The position numbers were made by a program, and so were the translations under genes. DNA of 64,000 nucleotides from Christensenellales bacterium (GTDB taxonomy: Bacteria > Bacillota > Clostridia > Christensenellales > UBA1242), in assembly GCA_051883495.1 (NCBI GenBank), contig JBJETV010000017.1:28911-92910 (forward strand), in the 5' to 3' direction. Shown one piece after another: positions 49,601 to 60,234 of the stretch. How positions within the stretch are numbered: position 1 is the stretch's first letter; each line of letters starts with the position of its first letter. The notes beneath the pieces were generated by a model that saw only the letters and a list, made by a program, of their open reading frames with translations, ran no database searches and had not been told where the DNA came from.

Positions 49601-50423
49601 ATTTATGGCAGATGGAACACCTGTGGACATTGTTCTTAACCCACTTGGTATTCCAAGTCGTATGAATGTTGGGCAGGTGCTTGAAGTTCTGCTTGGCAAG
49701 GTAGCAAAAGTACTCAACTGGAAAGTTGCAGTGCCAGCATTTGACTGCATACATGCAGACGAAATTTTCCAACTAATGAAAGATAATGACCTAGAAGAAG
49801 ATGGAAAAATGGTGTTGTATGACGGCAGAACTGGTGAACCTTTTGAAAATAGAGTTACTGTGGGCACAATGTATATGATTAAGCTAGACCACATGGTTGA
49901 TAGCAAGATGCATGCTCGTTCCACTGGGCCATATGCTTTGGTTACACAACAACCTCTTGGTGGTAAGGCTATGTTTGGTGGACAAAGATTTGGTGAGATG
50001 GAAGTGTGGGCTTTGGAGGCTTATGGTGTTTCGCACTTGCTCCAAGAAATGCTTACTGTCAAGTCAGACGACGTCGTGGGCAGAAACAAGACTTATGAAT
50101 CTATCGTAAAAGGCTTCCCAATCGCAGAGCCTGGTATCCCAGAGTCATTTAAGGTTATGATAAAAGAATTCCAAAGTTTGGGACTTGATGTAAGAATCCT
50201 AACTGAAGAACAACAAGAAGTGTCAATCAGCGAACTTACAAATGATGAAATTGAACCAACCCCATTTGTTATCAAGTCAAAAGATATGAGTCAAGATATC
50301 GAGTTGAACCTTGATGAAACACCAACCACATCGGATATCGTGTCGGAAGAAGAAGCAGTTAATGCCGAAAATGACACATTCGATAATTTCGATGAAAACT
50401 CACTGTTTGACGACTTTGAATAA
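46689..50423 (+). CDS. rpoB: DNA-directed RNA polymerase subunit beta
   Basis: 1244 aa with RBS AAGGAG. Hallmark blocks FGEMEVWALEAYG, GRHGNKGVVS and NPLGIPSRMNVGQ. About 80 aa of acidic C-terminal tail. Confidence 0.97.
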   Translation: MAQKSLAMKKTKYGNVERINFSKIEEPIEMPYLLAIQKDSYKQFLETGIAEVLEEFSPIMDYSGKAEIYFVDYTLDPTKKYTKQECKRKGITYSVALKARVRLVRKEDGEVVEQDVFLGDVPLMTEEGSFIINGIERVIVSQIVRSPSAYFGKEQDKTGKYLFNGTIIPTHGTWLEIEQTVADVLKMVVDRSSKVSLGVFLKCFGYTSKQILDIFGNNPLIKSTLEKEVQDTQEEALIELSKKMRPTEVPSAEATYNYINSLFFTHQYYNLARVGRYKLNKKLSIATRITGETAYGDIKIGNTVVVKDGEIIPRDVAKQIQNAGINEVWLRAKTLRGDFQMDGDKFVPHKVVGNNRVELSAIFPCDEKELGVLEMVYYPTLQKLLQEYKTKDERLQAIRDHAKELMNFQLTMDDIFATISYHLDLNAGIGEIDNIDHLANRRIATVGELMKGAFRSGITKLAGVIRETLQAQDLSTVSPASVINARPVNKALKDFLSSSQLSQLMDQVNPVSELTQKRKISAVGPGGVKKERATADVRDIHYSHYGRLCAIETPEGQGIGLINSLATYAKVNEYGFLLSPLKVVDKEKGIVTNEVVYLMADEEENCCVAQAIEPLTPEGKFVNSRVIVRKKDAVVEVPASEVDYVDVSPKQLISAATALIPFLSNDDTARALMGSNMQRQSVPLIRTEAPIIGTGMEHKIAVDSGAMVLAKKAGYVSYVSATEIRVKNDDGETDCYQLIKFSKTNQDTCVNQKPAVIKNQRVEAGDVLADGFSTKNGELALGKNMTIAYMNWEGYNYEDAILISERLVREDIFTSITLKVEESKARSTKLGDEEITRDIPNIGEDALKNLDENGIIRVGAEVRTGDILVGKVTPKGETELTPEERLLRAIFGEKAREVRDTSLRVQHGHGGIVVDVQVFTRKNKDELEAGVNTMVKVYVAQKRKLSVGDKMAGRHGNKGVVSRVLPLSDLPFMADGTPVDIVLNPLGIPSRMNVGQVLEVLLGKVAKVLNWKVAVPAFDCIHADEIFQLMKDNDLEEDGKMVLYDGRTGEPFENRVTVGTMYMIKLDHMVDSKMHARSTGPYALVTQQPLGGKAMFGGQRFGEMEVWALEAYGVSHLLQEMLTVKSDDVVGRNKTYESIVKGFPIAEPGIPESFKVMIKEFQSLGLDVRILTEEQQEVSISELTNDEIEPTPFVIKSKDMSQDIELNLDETPTTSDIVSEEEAVNAENDTFDNFDENSLFDDFE

Positions 50424-50456
50424 AATATTTGATGCAAAGAAAATAAGGAGATTCTT

Positions 50457-53400
50457 ATGTTTGAACTAAACAACCTTGATTCAATAAAAATTGGCATCGC
50501 TTCGCCAGAAAAAATAAGAGAATGGAGTTATGGTGAAGTTACAAAACCAGAAACTATAAACTACAGAACACTCAAGCCAGAAAGAGATGGCTTGTTCTGT
50601 GAACGCATATTTGGACCTAGAAAAAACTGGGAATGCCATTGTGGAAAATACAAGAGAATTCGTTACAAAGGCGTTATTTGTGACAAGTGTGGTGTGGAAG
50701 TTACCAGTTCCAAAGTAAGAAGGGAGAGAATGGGGCATATCGAACTTGCAACTCCAGTCAGCCATATTTGGTTCTTCAGAGGGATACCTTCCAGAATTGG
50801 AAATATCCTAGATATAACTTCAAAACTTTTGGAACAAGTTCTTTATTATGTCAATTATATTGTCCTTGACCCAAAAAACACCCCATTTGCATACAAGCAA
50901 GTGATTACAGATAAGGAATATCGTGACGCATTGGACGAATATGGTCCAAATTCCTTTAAGGCAGGAATGGGTGCAGAGGCTATCAAACAACTTCTTTCCG
51001 AAGTTGACCTAGAAAAAGACTATGCCGAACTAAAAGAAATAGTAAAAACTTCAAAAGGACAAAAGAAACTAAAAGCAATCAAACGTCTTGAAACTGTTGA
51101 CGATTTCCTCAGAAGTGGCAACAAACCAGAATGGATGATTTTGGATGTTATCCCTGTCATCCCACCAGATTTGCGTCCTATGGTGCAACTGGACGGCGGA
51201 CGTTTTGCGACAAGCGACCTCAATGACCTTTATAGACGTGTTATCAACAGAAATAACCGCCTCAAAAAACTCATTGAATTGGGCGCTCCTGATGTTATTG
51301 TTAGAAACGAAAAGAGAATGTTGCAAGAAGCCGTAGATGCACTTATCGAAAACGGCAAACGTGGCAAGGCAATCCAAGGACCAAAGGCAAGAGATCTTAA
51401 GAGTTTGACAGCAATGCTTCGTGGCAAGCAAGGACGTTTCCGTCAAAACTTGCTCGGAAAACGTGTTGACTACTCTGGTCGTTCGGTTATTGTTGTTGGC
51501 CCAGAACTCAAAATTTACCAATGCGGTCTTCCAAAAGAAATGGCTCTGGAACTCTTTAAGCCTTTTATAATGAAAAGATTGGTGGAGATGAACGAATCCC
51601 ACAACATAAAGAGTGCAAAGAGGATAATTGAAAGAGAAAAACCAATTGTTTGGGATGTTTTGGAGGAGGTTATCAAAGACCATCCTGTCCTTCTAAACCG
51701 TGCTCCTACACTTCATAGACTAGGTGTTCAAGCTTTTGAACCTGTCTTGTGTGAAGGCAGAGCAATAAAACTTCACCCTCTTGTTTGCGTGGGATTCAAC
51801 GCAGACTTCGACGGTGACCAAATGTCAGTTCACGTTCCACTATCTTTGGAGGCTAGAGCAGAGGCTCGTATGAATATGCTTGCCTCCAACAACGTGCTAA
51901 AACCAGCAGATGGAAACCCTGTTATGACACCAGCGCAAGATATTGTTCTTGGTTGCTATTATCTTACAATCGACAAGCCAGGAGCTCTAAACGAAGGCAG
52001 TTCCTACATAGATGAAGATGAAGCAATAATGGCATATCAAACCAAGAATTTGGAACTTCAATCCAGAATTTATGTAAGAAGAACAGTGGATTTCCACGGA
52101 GAAAAAATAACTGGCAGAGTGGAAACAACTGTTGGTAAAATATTGCTAAACCGTTGCATCCCTCAATGTATAGGTTTTGTGGATAGAAATCTTAAAGCAA
52201 ACGCATTGAGGTATGAAATAGAAGAAGTTGTTGGCAAAAAACAACTCGGGAAAATTGTTGGTGCAACATATGATGCTTTGGGTTCAACTCCAACCGTTGT
52301 CATGTTGGACAAAATTAAGGAACTTGGATACAAATATTCTACAATTGGGGCTCTTACTGTTAATGCCTTTGATATGAAAGAACCAGAAGAAAAGGGAGAA
52401 GTAATCAAAGAAGCAGAAATTAAAGCTCTTGAAAACGAAAAAGCATTCCGCAGAGGTTTGATTACTTTCAATGAAAAAATTTCAAAGAATGTAGCAATTT
52501 GGAATGAAACAACAGAAACAGTAGGCAAAGTCGTTATGAATAGTCTTGACAGGCTCAATCCTATTCGTATGATGGCAGACTCTGGTGCTCGTGGTTCGGC
52601 TGGACAGATCAACCAGTTGTGTGGAATGCGTGGTATTATTTCCAGTGCGTCAGGCACAAAGATTGATATCCCTGTTAAGTCTTGCTTTATCCATGGGTTG
52701 ACACCTATCGACTACTTCCTTTCAAGTCGTGGTGGTCGTAAAGGTCTTGCTGATACAGCTCTTAAGACGGCAGACGCTGGTTATCTTACTCGTAAGCTTG
52801 TTGATGTTGCTCAAGAAGTTGTTGTTACAGAAGAAGACTGTTTTGCCTCTCTTGGAGAACAACCAAAAGGACTTGTTGTTTCGGACATTGTCAAAGATAA
52901 GACAGTGGTAGAAAAATTGGAAGACAGAATTTCCGGACGTGTATGTGTTGGAGATATAGTAAATCCAAATACTGGTGAAATTATCGTCAATGCCAACGAA
53001 ATGATTACACCAAAACAAGCCAAACAAGTGGTTGATGCAGGCATAAAAGAAGTGACAATTAGAACACTTCTTACTTGCAAATCCAAGCAAGGCGTGTGCG
53101 CAAAGTGCTATGGACGTAATATGGCGTCCAATCAATTGGTTAGCATTGGCGAAGCAGTGGGAACAATCGCTGCTCAAAGTATCGGCGAACCAGGTACACA
53201 GCTTACAATGAGAACATTCCACACCGGTGGTGTTTCTGTTGAAGCGGATATCACGCAAGGTCTTCCTCGTGTAGAAGAAATTTTCGAAGCACGCAGGCCA
53301 AAAGGTGAAGCAATTATTAGTGAAGTCGCTGGCAAAGTCACTATTGAAGATGCTGGCGAAAGATTCAAAATCTTAATAAATAGTTCCGAAGGCGAAGTGA

Positions 53401-54041
53401 AATATTTGACTCCTCCAAAGAATAAAACTGTGCTTGTTGTTAAAAATGGAGATACAGTTGAGGCCGGTCAAAGCCTAACCGCTGGACCAATTTATCCAAA
53501 CGATATCCTAAAGATTATCGGATTGAAAGGTGTTCAGGAATATCTTCTTAAAGAAGTTTTGGGTGTTTATCGTGCACAAGATGTTCGTATCAATGCAAAA
53601 CACGTAGAAATCATCATAAGACAAATGCTTCGTAAAGTCAAAATTGAAGACCCAGGTGATTCTGATCTCCTTCCAGGAACTATGCTTGACCTTCAAAATT
53701 ATGAACAATTGAATAATGAAATTCTTATGAATGGTGGCAAACCAGCAACGGCAAAGCGTGTGCTATTGGGTATTGCGAAGTCTACAATTGCATCAGAATC
53801 ATTCCTTTCCGCTGCATCTTTCCAAGAGACATCTCGTGTGCTTACAGAGGCTGCAGTTAAGGGCAAAGTTGATCACCTTGTTGGACTTAAGGAAAATGTT
53901 ATAATAGGTAAGTTGATTCCTGCTGGAACTGGGATGAAGCAATATAGAGATATATTCCCAACCATTTCAAAAGAGTATCTTGCAAAGAAAGAAACTGAAA
54001 ACAAAGAGTTTGAAACCAAAGAAGCAGAAACTAATGTTTAA
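50457..54041 (+). CDS. rpoC: DNA-directed RNA polymerase subunit beta'
   Basis: 1194 aa with RBS AAGGAG. Zn-finger [23 protein letters not shown] and catalytic NADFDGDQM. Begins 33 nt after rpoB. Confidence 0.97.
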   Translation: MFELNNLDSIKIGIASPEKIREWSYGEVTKPETINYRTLKPERDGLFCERIFGPRKNWECHCGKYKRIRYKGVICDKCGVEVTSSKVRRERMGHIELATPVSHIWFFRGIPSRIGNILDITSKLLEQVLYYVNYIVLDPKNTPFAYKQVITDKEYRDALDEYGPNSFKAGMGAEAIKQLLSEVDLEKDYAELKEIVKTSKGQKKLKAIKRLETVDDFLRSGNKPEWMILDVIPVIPPDLRPMVQLDGGRFATSDLNDLYRRVINRNNRLKKLIELGAPDVIVRNEKRMLQEAVDALIENGKRGKAIQGPKARDLKSLTAMLRGKQGRFRQNLLGKRVDYSGRSVIVVGPELKIYQCGLPKEMALELFKPFIMKRLVEMNESHNIKSAKRIIEREKPIVWDVLEEVIKDHPVLLNRAPTLHRLGVQAFEPVLCEGRAIKLHPLVCVGFNADFDGDQMSVHVPLSLEARAEARMNMLASNNVLKPADGNPVMTPAQDIVLGCYYLTIDKPGALNEGSSYIDEDEAIMAYQTKNLELQSRIYVRRTVDFHGEKITGRVETTVGKILLNRCIPQCIGFVDRNLKANALRYEIEEVVGKKQLGKIVGATYDALGSTPTVVMLDKIKELGYKYSTIGALTVNAFDMKEPEEKGEVIKEAEIKALENEKAFRRGLITFNEKISKNVAIWNETTETVGKVVMNSLDRLNPIRMMADSGARGSAGQINQLCGMRGIISSASGTKIDIPVKSCFIHGLTPIDYFLSSRGGRKGLADTALKTADAGYLTRKLVDVAQEVVVTEEDCFASLGEQPKGLVVSDIVKDKTVVEKLEDRISGRVCVGDIVNPNTGEIIVNANEMITPKQAKQVVDAGIKEVTIRTLLTCKSKQGVCAKCYGRNMASNQLVSIGEAVGTIAAQSIGEPGTQLTMRTFHTGGVSVEADITQGLPRVEEIFEARRPKGEAIISEVAGKVTIEDAGERFKILINSSEGEVKYLTPPKNKTVLVVKNGDTVEAGQSLTAGPIYPNDILKIIGLKGVQEYLLKEVLGVYRAQDVRINAKHVEIIIRQMLRKVKIEDPGDSDLLPGTMLDLQNYEQLNNEILMNGGKPATAKRVLLGIAKSTIASESFLSAASFQETSRVLTEAAVKGKVDHLVGLKENVIIGKLIPAGTGMKQYRDIFPTISKEYLAKKETENKEFETKEAETNV

Positions 54042-54130
54042 TATTTTATCGACATAAAAATACTTAGTGTTTATGAACATAAAATTGTTTAATATTTATG
54101 AATAAAAAATATTGTAAACTCTTGTAAAAA

Positions 54131-54157
54131 ATTATCCCGTTTGGGATAATTTTTTTA
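54131..54157 (+). terminator. Rho-independent terminator after rpoC
   Basis: ATTATCCC-GTTT-GGGATAAT followed by T7. An A5 run precedes it, so it may act bidirectionally. Confidence 0.75.
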
Positions 54158-54351
54158 TACTTTTTGATAAATTTTTTCATTAAAAACTATCAAAAAATTG
54201 TTTTTTTTAGACTTTATTTCTTGTGTGTATTTTTTGTTCCTTCAGAAACATATTATATATTAAATTGTCGAAATATTATATTTTCTACATATCGCAATTA
54301 TAAAGGGAATTAAGAATTTTTGTGTATTGCCAACAAAAGTATTTTTGGTTG

Positions 54352-54380
54352 TTGACAAAGGTTGCTTGTTATGCTAGAAT
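54352..54380 (+). promoter_or_regulatory. Sigma-A-type promoter of the 92-aa ORF
   Basis: TTGACA (54352-54357), 17-nt spacer, TGcTAGAAT (54372-54380). Confidence 0.6.
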
Positions 54381-54417
54381 ATCTACGGTGGAAAGGGTGA
54401 TAAAAGGAGCAAATATT

Positions 54418-54696
54418 ATGCCAAAATTTGAAATGATAAATGGAAACATTGTAATTGGTAGTGAGATTGCTAAAAAAATGGAAAAGAAAGGTCTTGTGCC
54501 AAAGGACTACGAGTTGACACCTGCAAGGACCAAAGCTCCATTGACAAGGGTGCTAGATACTCTGTGTGGGAGAAAAAAGAGAAGTATTAGTATGGAAGAC
54601 GGTTATATCGTCGTCAACAAATCTATTGAAGAACGCATAAACGAATTGCGTGCAAAGGAAAAGATGAATCTTGCCGATTGGGAGCCAATAAGATAA
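54418..54696 (+). CDS. Hypothetical small protein (92 aa), family not recognised
   Basis: ATG at 54418 follows RBS AAAGGAG; the track start GTG 54322 lies upstream of the promoter. Has its own promoter and terminator. Basic and soluble (MPKFEMINGNIVIGSEIAKKMEKKG...). Confidence 0.55.
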   Translation: MPKFEMINGNIVIGSEIAKKMEKKGLVPKDYELTPARTKAPLTRVLDTLCGRKKRSISMEDGYIVVNKSIEERINELRAKEKMNLADWEPIR

Positions 54697-54710
54697 ATTT
54701 TTATAAAAAC

Positions 54711-54739
54711 AAAACCCTACTTATGTGGGGTTTTATTTT
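54711..54739 (+). terminator. Rho-independent terminator
   Basis: 10-bp stem AAAACCCTAC / GTGGGGTTTT (one wobble), loop TTAT, then a T-rich tail. Confidence 0.7.
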
Positions 54740-54791
54740 ATACAATCATCTTTTATATAATTATTGCAAATGGATTTTGCTGTATTTATAT

Positions 54792-54834
54792 TAGAATATT
54801 ACTTTGCTGCATTGATAGTAGAATATTCCTTTGC
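54792..54834. repeat. Direct repeat of a 16-mer, 27 bp apart, upstream of the HicB-like gene
   Basis: TAGAATATTACTTTGC (54792-54807) and TAGAATATTCCTTTGC (54819-54834), 15/16 identical. Confidence 0.6.
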
Positions 54835-54898
54835 AATAGTATAACATTTCTAAAATTGCAAAATATATTCAAAATATCAAAAAAAGATAGGAATTTTG

Positions 54899-54928
54899 TT
54901 AGACTTGAATAAAAAATTGTGCTAAAAT
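54899..54928 (+). promoter_or_regulatory. Candidate promoter of the HicB-like gene (extended -10)
   Basis: TTAGAC (54899-54904), 18-nt spacer, TGcTAAAAT (54920-54928). Confidence 0.4.
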
Positions 54929-54964
54929 GATTTGCGTAAAGATAAAATAGGGTAGGTGTGCCAA

Positions 54965-55267
54965 ATGGAATTTATTTTTCCAGCAGTGTTTTATAAAGAT
55001 GAAGAAAATGATGATTATCTTGTAGCATTTGATGATGTCAGGATTTATTGCGAAGGTAAGACAATAGAAGATGCTTTTTATACTGCAAGGAAATATCTTA
55101 AAGACTTTTGCAAGTTATCTCTCAAAATGTTTGGCGAAGTGCGTGAACAACCAAGGACATATTTGGAATCTCGTGAAAATCACAAAAACGAAATTGTTTT
55201 GCTCGTGGATGCCGAGGTGAAAGGGCTGTCCAAAAAACAAGAAGAAGAAATTTTGAGTTTTGAATAA
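54965..55267 (+). CDS. HicB-like antitoxin-fold protein (N-terminal domain only), no HicA partner in the window
   Basis: MEFIFPAVFYKDEENDDYLVAFDDVRIYCEGKTIEDAFYTARKYLKDF follows the HicB pattern (Y/F-PA-V/I-F ... Y.V.F.D ... G.T.EDA...A...L). Only 100 aa, with no RHH/HTH tail. Confidence 0.55.
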   Translation: MEFIFPAVFYKDEENDDYLVAFDDVRIYCEGKTIEDAFYTARKYLKDFCKLSLKMFGEVREQPRTYLESRENHKNEIVLLVDAEVKGLSKKQEEEILSFE

Positions 55268-55291
55268 TTTTGCATCAAACTGTCAATACAA

Positions 55292-55328
55292 GCCAACACA
55301 GATTGTTATATGTGTTGGTTTTTTTTGT
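55292..55328 (+). terminator. Rho-independent terminator
   Basis: CCAACACA (55293-55300), 10-nt loop, TGTGTTGG (55311-55318), then a T-run of about 10. Confidence 0.7.
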
Positions 55329-55360
55329 GAAAAATTTTATTAAAATTGTCATTTTTATTA

Positions 55361-55389
55361 TTGACAAATTTCTGCGTGTTTGATATTAT
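55361..55389 (+). promoter_or_regulatory. Strong sigma-A-type promoter of the str operon (rpsL-rpsG-fusA)
   Basis: TTGACA (55361-55366), 17-nt spacer, TGaTATTAT (55381-55389). Implies a leader of about 305 nt. Confidence 0.65.
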
Positions 55390-55700
55390 TATCCTGTTGT
55401 AATTTGTAGGGATATCGTCAAAAATGATTTATAAAGTTTTTGAGTAAGATTTTTATAAAAGATATCCACAATTTCCACGATTTTTGTGGACAAATTTCAA
55501 CCAACTTTACAATCAATTTGTTTGTTTGGAACGCAAAATAAATTGTTTAAGCAAGGGCTTCCTTGCGACCAAACTGATGACAATGGATTATTGCAATTTG
55601 ACATTCCACACTTTGCAACAAGATATTGCTTTCAATTTGGGATTTTTCTTCTGCAAGTTGCTGATGCGGGAGAGAAGAACAAATTTTTAAGGAGGAAATT

Positions 55701-56072
55701 ATGCCTACAATCAATCAACTCGTCAGGCACGGAAGGACAAAAGTAACCAAAAAATCTCAAACACCTATCCTTGACCAAAACCCACAAAAGAGAGGAGTTT
55801 GCCTTTCTGTCACCACAACTTCACCAAAAAAGCCTAACTCTGCTTTGAGAAAAATTGCTAGGGTGAAACTTTCAAATGGACAAGAAGGAACAGTCTATAT
55901 CCCAGGTGAAGGACACAACCTTCAAGAACACAGTGTTGTGCTTATCCGTGGCGGAAAAGTTAAAGACTTGCCAGGTGTGAGATATCACATTATCCGTGGA
56001 ACTCTTGATGCTGCTGGCGTTGCAAAACGTAAACAAGCACGTTCAAAGTATGGCGCAAAGAAGGCAAAATAA
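55701..56072 (+). CDS. rpsL: 30S ribosomal protein S12
   Basis: 123 aa with RBS AAGGAGG. MPTINQL...[10 protein letters not shown]...[18 protein letters not shown]. Confidence 0.97.
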   Translation: MPTINQLVRHGRTKVTKKSQTPILDQNPQKRGVCLSVTTTSPKKPNSALRKIARVKLSNGQEGTVYIPGEGHNLQEHSVVLIRGGKVKDLPGVRYHIIRGTLDAAGVAKRKQARSKYGAKKAK

Positions 56073-56125
56073 TTTTTGCAACTACAGCCCTTGTGGCTTA
56101 AAACAAACAATACAAGGAGGAAATT

Positions 56126-56599
56126 ATGTCTAGAAGAAATCGTGCAACCAAAAGAGAAGTTTTGCCAGATCCAGTGTATAACTCTACTGTTGTAACAAAA
56201 CTTGTCAACCAAGTTATGCTTGACGGCAAAAAAGGTATCGCTTTTGGTATTGTATATGGTGCTTTTGATATTATCAAAGAAAAAATGGGAGCAGACCCAA
56301 TGACAATATTTACACAAGCACTAGAAAATGTTAAACCTGTTCTTGAAACAAAGTCAAGACGTGTCGGCGGTGCAACATACCAAGTTCCTATGGAAATCAG
56401 ACCAGACAGACGTCAAACTTTGGCTATCCGTTGGCTTGTAAGTTTTGCAAGAAAACGTGGTGGAGAAAAAGAAATGGAGAAAAAGCTTGCCAGCGAAATT
56501 CTTGATGCCTACAACAATGCTGGTGGGGCAATAAAGAAAAAAGACGAAATGCACAGAATGGCAGAAGCAAACAAAGCATTTGCTCATTTTAAGTGGTAA
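56126..56599 (+). CDS. rpsG: 30S ribosomal protein S7
   Basis: 157 aa with [30 protein letters not shown]...[17 protein letters not shown]. Confidence 0.97.
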   Translation: MSRRNRATKREVLPDPVYNSTVVTKLVNQVMLDGKKGIAFGIVYGAFDIIKEKMGADPMTIFTQALENVKPVLETKSRRVGGATYQVPMEIRPDRRQTLAIRWLVSFARKRGGEKEMEKKLASEILDAYNNAGGAIKKKDEMHRMAEANKAFAHFKW

Positions 56600-56613
56600 T
56601 TAAAGGAGTTATT

Positions 56614-58692
56614 ATGGCAAGGAAATTTGCACTAGAAAAATATAGAAATATCGGTATTATGGCTCACATTGACGCAGGCAAAACAACTACAACCGAAAGA
56701 ATTTTGTTCTACACCGGCAGAACACACAAAATTGGTGAGGTTCACGAAGGTGCTGCTACAATGGACTGGATGGTTCAGGAACAAGAAAGAGGTATAACAA
56801 TCACTTCTGCTTGCACCACTGCTCAATGGAAGGGACATTGTATCAACATTATTGATACCCCAGGACACGTGGACTTTACTGCAGAGGTTGAAAGAAGTTT
56901 GAAGGTCCTTGACGGTGCAGTTGCTGTTTTCTGTGCTAGAGGCGGTGTTCAACCTCAATCAGAAACAGTTTGGCGTCAAGCAAACAAATACAAAGTTCCA
57001 AGAATTGCATATATCAACAAAATGGACAGAGATGACGCAAACTTCTTTAGAGCAATTCAAATGATGAAAGATAGGCTCAAAACAAATGCAGTTGCAATTC
57101 AACTTCCAATCGGTCAAGATTCCAGTTTTAGAGGTATTATTGACCTTGTGGAAATGGATTCTGTTGTCTATAATGATGACTTGGGCAAAGATATGGTCGT
57201 TGGACCTATTCCAGAAGATATGATGGAAGATGCCAAAAAGTATCGTCAAATATTGGTAGAAGCAGTTGCAGAAACTGATGACGAACTTATGGAAAAATAT
57301 TTCAATGGTGAAGAATTTACTGTTGAAGAACTCAAAAAAGGTATAAGAAAAGCTACAATTGCTCTTCAAATGACTCCTGTTACTTGCGGAAGTTCATTTA
57401 AGAATAAAGGTGTTCAAAAACTTCTTGACGCAGTTGTGGATTATCTTCCAAGCCCAGTTGATATTGATGCTATTCGTGGCACAAAACTTGATGGCGAAAC
57501 AGAAGAAGACAGAATTGCAAGCGATTCTGAACCAATGGCTGGTCTTGCATTTAAGGTTGCCACCGACCCATTCGTGGGCAAGATTACTTACTTCAGAATT
57601 TATTCTGGTGTGCTAAAAGCAGGTTCTTATGTTCTTAACACAACCAAAGATTCTAAGGAACGTATCGGCAGACTTCTCAGAATGCACGCAAACCACAGAG
57701 AAGATGTGGAAGAAGCATATGCAGGAGATATTGTTGCTATTGTTGGTCTTAAAGATACAACTACAGGCAACACACTTTGCGACCCAGATCATCCAATTAT
57801 TTTGGAAAGTATGGACTTCCCAGAACCTGTTATCAACATTGCTGTTGAACCAACAACAAAGCAAATGCAGGAAAAAATGGTCAATGCTCTTATCAAATTG
57901 GCAGAAGAAGACCCAACTTTCAGAACATGGACAGACAAGGAATCTGGTCAAACAATCATAGCAGGTATGGGCGAACTTTATCTTGATATTATTGTTGACA
58001 GATTGAAAAGAGAATTTGGAGTTGACGTTAATGTGGGCAGACCACAAGTTAGCTACAGAGAAACAATTAGAAAACCTGTTGAAGCAGAAGGGAAATACAT
58101 CAGACAAACTGGTGGTCATGGTCAATATGGTCACTGCGTAATCAAACTAGAACCACTAGAACCAGGCAAAGGATATGAATTTGTAGACAAAATCGTTGGT
58201 GGTGTTATTCCAAAAGAATATATTCCAGCAATCAATGCAGGTATCCAAGAGGCTCGCCAAAACGGTGTCTTGGCTGGATACGAAACAGTTGACTTCAGGG
58301 TAACTCTTTTCTTCGGTTCTTATCACGATGTTGACTCTTCAGAAATGGCATTTAAGATTGCCGGCTCTATGGCATTCAAGGAAGGCGCAAAGAAGGCAGA
58401 ACCTGTTCTTCTTGAACCTATTATGAAAGTTTCTGTTGAACTTCCTGACGACTATCTTGGAACAGTTATGGGCAACCTAACTAGCAGAAGAGGTGTCCTG
58501 CAAGGCACAGAAACACAAAGTGGCTCTGTAACAATCAACGCAGAAGTTCCACTTTCAGAAATGTTTGGCTATGCAACAGCCCTTCGTTCTTCTACACAAG
58601 GACGTGGAAACTTCAATATGGAATTCTCTCACTATGCAGAAGTTCCAAAGAGTATTGCAGAAAAAATTATTGGCGAGAGAAAGAAAGACTAA
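56614..58692 (+). CDS. fusA: Elongation factor G
   Basis: ATG at 56614 follows RBS AAAGGAG; the track start at 56593 overlaps rpsG and has no RBS. G1 motif [15 protein letters not shown], plus DTPGHVDF. Confidence 0.95.
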   Translation: MARKFALEKYRNIGIMAHIDAGKTTTTERILFYTGRTHKIGEVHEGAATMDWMVQEQERGITITSACTTAQWKGHCINIIDTPGHVDFTAEVERSLKVLDGAVAVFCARGGVQPQSETVWRQANKYKVPRIAYINKMDRDDANFFRAIQMMKDRLKTNAVAIQLPIGQDSSFRGIIDLVEMDSVVYNDDLGKDMVVGPIPEDMMEDAKKYRQILVEAVAETDDELMEKYFNGEEFTVEELKKGIRKATIALQMTPVTCGSSFKNKGVQKLLDAVVDYLPSPVDIDAIRGTKLDGETEEDRIASDSEPMAGLAFKVATDPFVGKITYFRIYSGVLKAGSYVLNTTKDSKERIGRLLRMHANHREDVEEAYAGDIVAIVGLKDTTTGNTLCDPDHPIILESMDFPEPVINIAVEPTTKQMQEKMVNALIKLAEEDPTFRTWTDKESGQTIIAGMGELYLDIIVDRLKREFGVDVNVGRPQVSYRETIRKPVEAEGKYIRQTGGHGQYGHCVIKLEPLEPGKGYEFVDKIVGGVIPKEYIPAINAGIQEARQNGVLAGYETVDFRVTLFFGSYHDVDSSEMAFKIAGSMAFKEGAKKAEPVLLEPIMKVSVELPDDYLGTVMGNLTSRRGVLQGTETQSGSVTINAEVPLSEMFGYATALRSSTQGRGNFNMEFSHYAEVPKSIAEKIIGERKKD

Positions 58693-58740
58693 TTTCGTCA
58701 AATGCAATCAAAATATTTGTCTAAATAGCGGAAAAAACGT

Positions 58741-58769
58741 TTGACAACGAAATAAAAAACATTTATAAT
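58741..58769 (+). promoter_or_regulatory. Consensus sigma-A promoter immediately upstream of tuf
   Basis: TTGACA (58741-58746), 17-nt spacer, TATAAT (58764-58769). Confidence 0.65.
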
Positions 58770-58821
58770 AACCAAGACAATAAAGAAATTATTTGTTCAA
58801 CATTTTAGGAGGATAATAATA

Positions 58822-60027
58822 ATGGCAAAAGCAAAATTTGACAGATCAAAACCACACGTCAACATCGGAACAATCGGCCACGTTGACCATGGTAAAACAA
58901 CTTTGACTGCTGCAATCACAATGTTCTGCGCAGCAAAAGGTTGGAGCCCAGACAAAATGAAATATGAAGATATCGACAAGGCTCCAGAAGAAAGAGCAAG
59001 AGGTATCACAATCAACACATCTCACGTTGAGTATCAAACACCAAACAGACACTATGCACACGTTGACTGCCCAGGACACGCAGACTACGTCAAAAACATG
59101 ATCACTGGTGCTGCTCAAATGGACGGTGCTATCCTTGTTGTTGCTGCAACAGATGGCCCAATGCCACAAACAAGAGAACACATTCTTCTTGCAAGACAAG
59201 TTGGCGTTCCATACATCGTAGTATTTATGAACAAGGTCGACCAAGTTGACGACCCAGAACTTCTTGAACTTGTAGAAATGGATATCCGTGACCTTCTTAC
59301 AGAATACGGATTCCCAGGAGATACAACTCCAATCATCAAAGGTTCTGCTCTTAAAGCTTTGGAAGCTGCACAAGCAGGCAATGCAGAAGACCCAGCATGC
59401 AAATGCATCGAAGAACTTTTGAATGCTGTCGACACATTCATTCCAGAACCAAAGAGAGCAACAGATCAACCATTCCTTATGCCAGTTGAAGACGTTTTCA
59501 CAATCACTGGACGTGGAACAGTTGCTACAGGCCGTGTAGAACGTGGTGTGTGCAAAGTTGGTGACACAATCTCCATCGTTGGTATGGGATCAAACAAACA
59601 AAGTGTTATCACTGGTGTAGAAATGTTCAGAAAACTTCTTGACGAAGCTCAAGCAGGCGACAACATTGGTGTTCTTCTTCGTGGTATCAACAGAACTGAC
59701 ATCGAAAGAGGTCAAGTTATCTGCAAACCAGGTTCAATCCACCCACACAAAAAGTTTACAGCACAAGTTTATGTGTTGAAGAAAGAAGAAGGCGGAAGAC
59801 ATACTCCATTCTTTAATGGATATCGCCCACAATTCTACTTCAGAACAACAGACGTTACAGGTTCTATCGAACTTGAACAAGGTGTCGAAATGGTTATGCC
59901 TGGCGACAATGTCAAAATGACAATCACTCTTATCACAGATATCGCTATCGAACAAGGTTTGAGATTCGCTATCCGTGAAGGTGGCAGAACAGTTGGTTCT
60001 GGTGTTGTTTCAGAAATCATTGAGTAA
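58822..60027 (+). CDS. tuf: Elongation factor Tu
   Basis: 401 aa with [27 protein letters not shown] and NKVD motifs. Confidence 0.97.
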   Translation: MAKAKFDRSKPHVNIGTIGHVDHGKTTLTAAITMFCAAKGWSPDKMKYEDIDKAPEERARGITINTSHVEYQTPNRHYAHVDCPGHADYVKNMITGAAQMDGAILVVAATDGPMPQTREHILLARQVGVPYIVVFMNKVDQVDDPELLELVEMDIRDLLTEYGFPGDTTPIIKGSALKALEAAQAGNAEDPACKCIEELLNAVDTFIPEPKRATDQPFLMPVEDVFTITGRGTVATGRVERGVCKVGDTISIVGMGSNKQSVITGVEMFRKLLDEAQAGDNIGVLLRGINRTDIERGQVICKPGSIHPHKKFTAQVYVLKKEEGGRHTPFFNGYRPQFYFRTTDVTGSIELEQGVEMVMPGDNVKMTITLITDIAIEQGLRFAIREGGRTVGSGVVSEIIE

Positions 60028-60044
60028 TAACTTATAAGCAAAAT

Positions 60045-60077
60045 CAACTCCATCAATTATGATGGGGTTGTTTTTTT
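60045..60077 (+). terminator. Rho-independent terminator after tuf
   Basis: CAACTCCATC-AATTAT-GATGGGGTTG (one wobble) followed by T7. Confidence 0.8.
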
Positions 60078-60199
60078 CAAGCAAACAAAAAAAAATATGT
60101 AATTTGGATAGTTTATTTTATATTTTCAAATAAATATCAAAAATAAAATAATGTAATATAAAAAACTTTATAAAATGTTATCTTCAATAAAAAAATTAG

Positions 60200-60228
60200 T
60201 TGATTGAAAAGATGTTTTGCGTTATAAT
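60200..60228 (+). promoter_or_regulatory. Sigma-A-type promoter abutting the permease start codon
   Basis: TTGATT (60200-60205), 17-nt spacer, TATAAT (60223-60228). The ATG at 60235 is 7 nt after the -10 element. Confidence 0.5.
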
Positions 60229-60234
60229 GAATTT

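Noticed and set aside
55484-55746. Track ORFs 55484-55690 and 55486-55746 upstream of and overlapping rpsL.
   Set aside because: They have no Shine-Dalgarno, one runs into the rpsL start, and they lie within the predicted long leader. They are better explained as untranslated leader RNA.
54322-56613. Longer track starts: GTG 54322 for the 92-aa ORF, GTG 54956 for the HicB-like ORF, GTG 56593 for fusA (and likewise ATG 2317 for the M23 peptidase).
   Set aside because: In each case a downstream ATG has a proper Shine-Dalgarno sequence. The longer version would begin upstream of the predicted promoter or overlap the preceding gene.
46904-59955. Antisense or out-of-frame ORFs inside rpoB, rpoC, rpsL/rpsG, fusA and tuf (for example 48192-48899 -, 51069-51683 -, 52722-53258 -, 57613-58134 -, 58846-59469 -).
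   Set aside because: They overlap universally conserved genes in other frames. Their translations are low-complexity or Cys/Phe-rich nonsense with no start signals.
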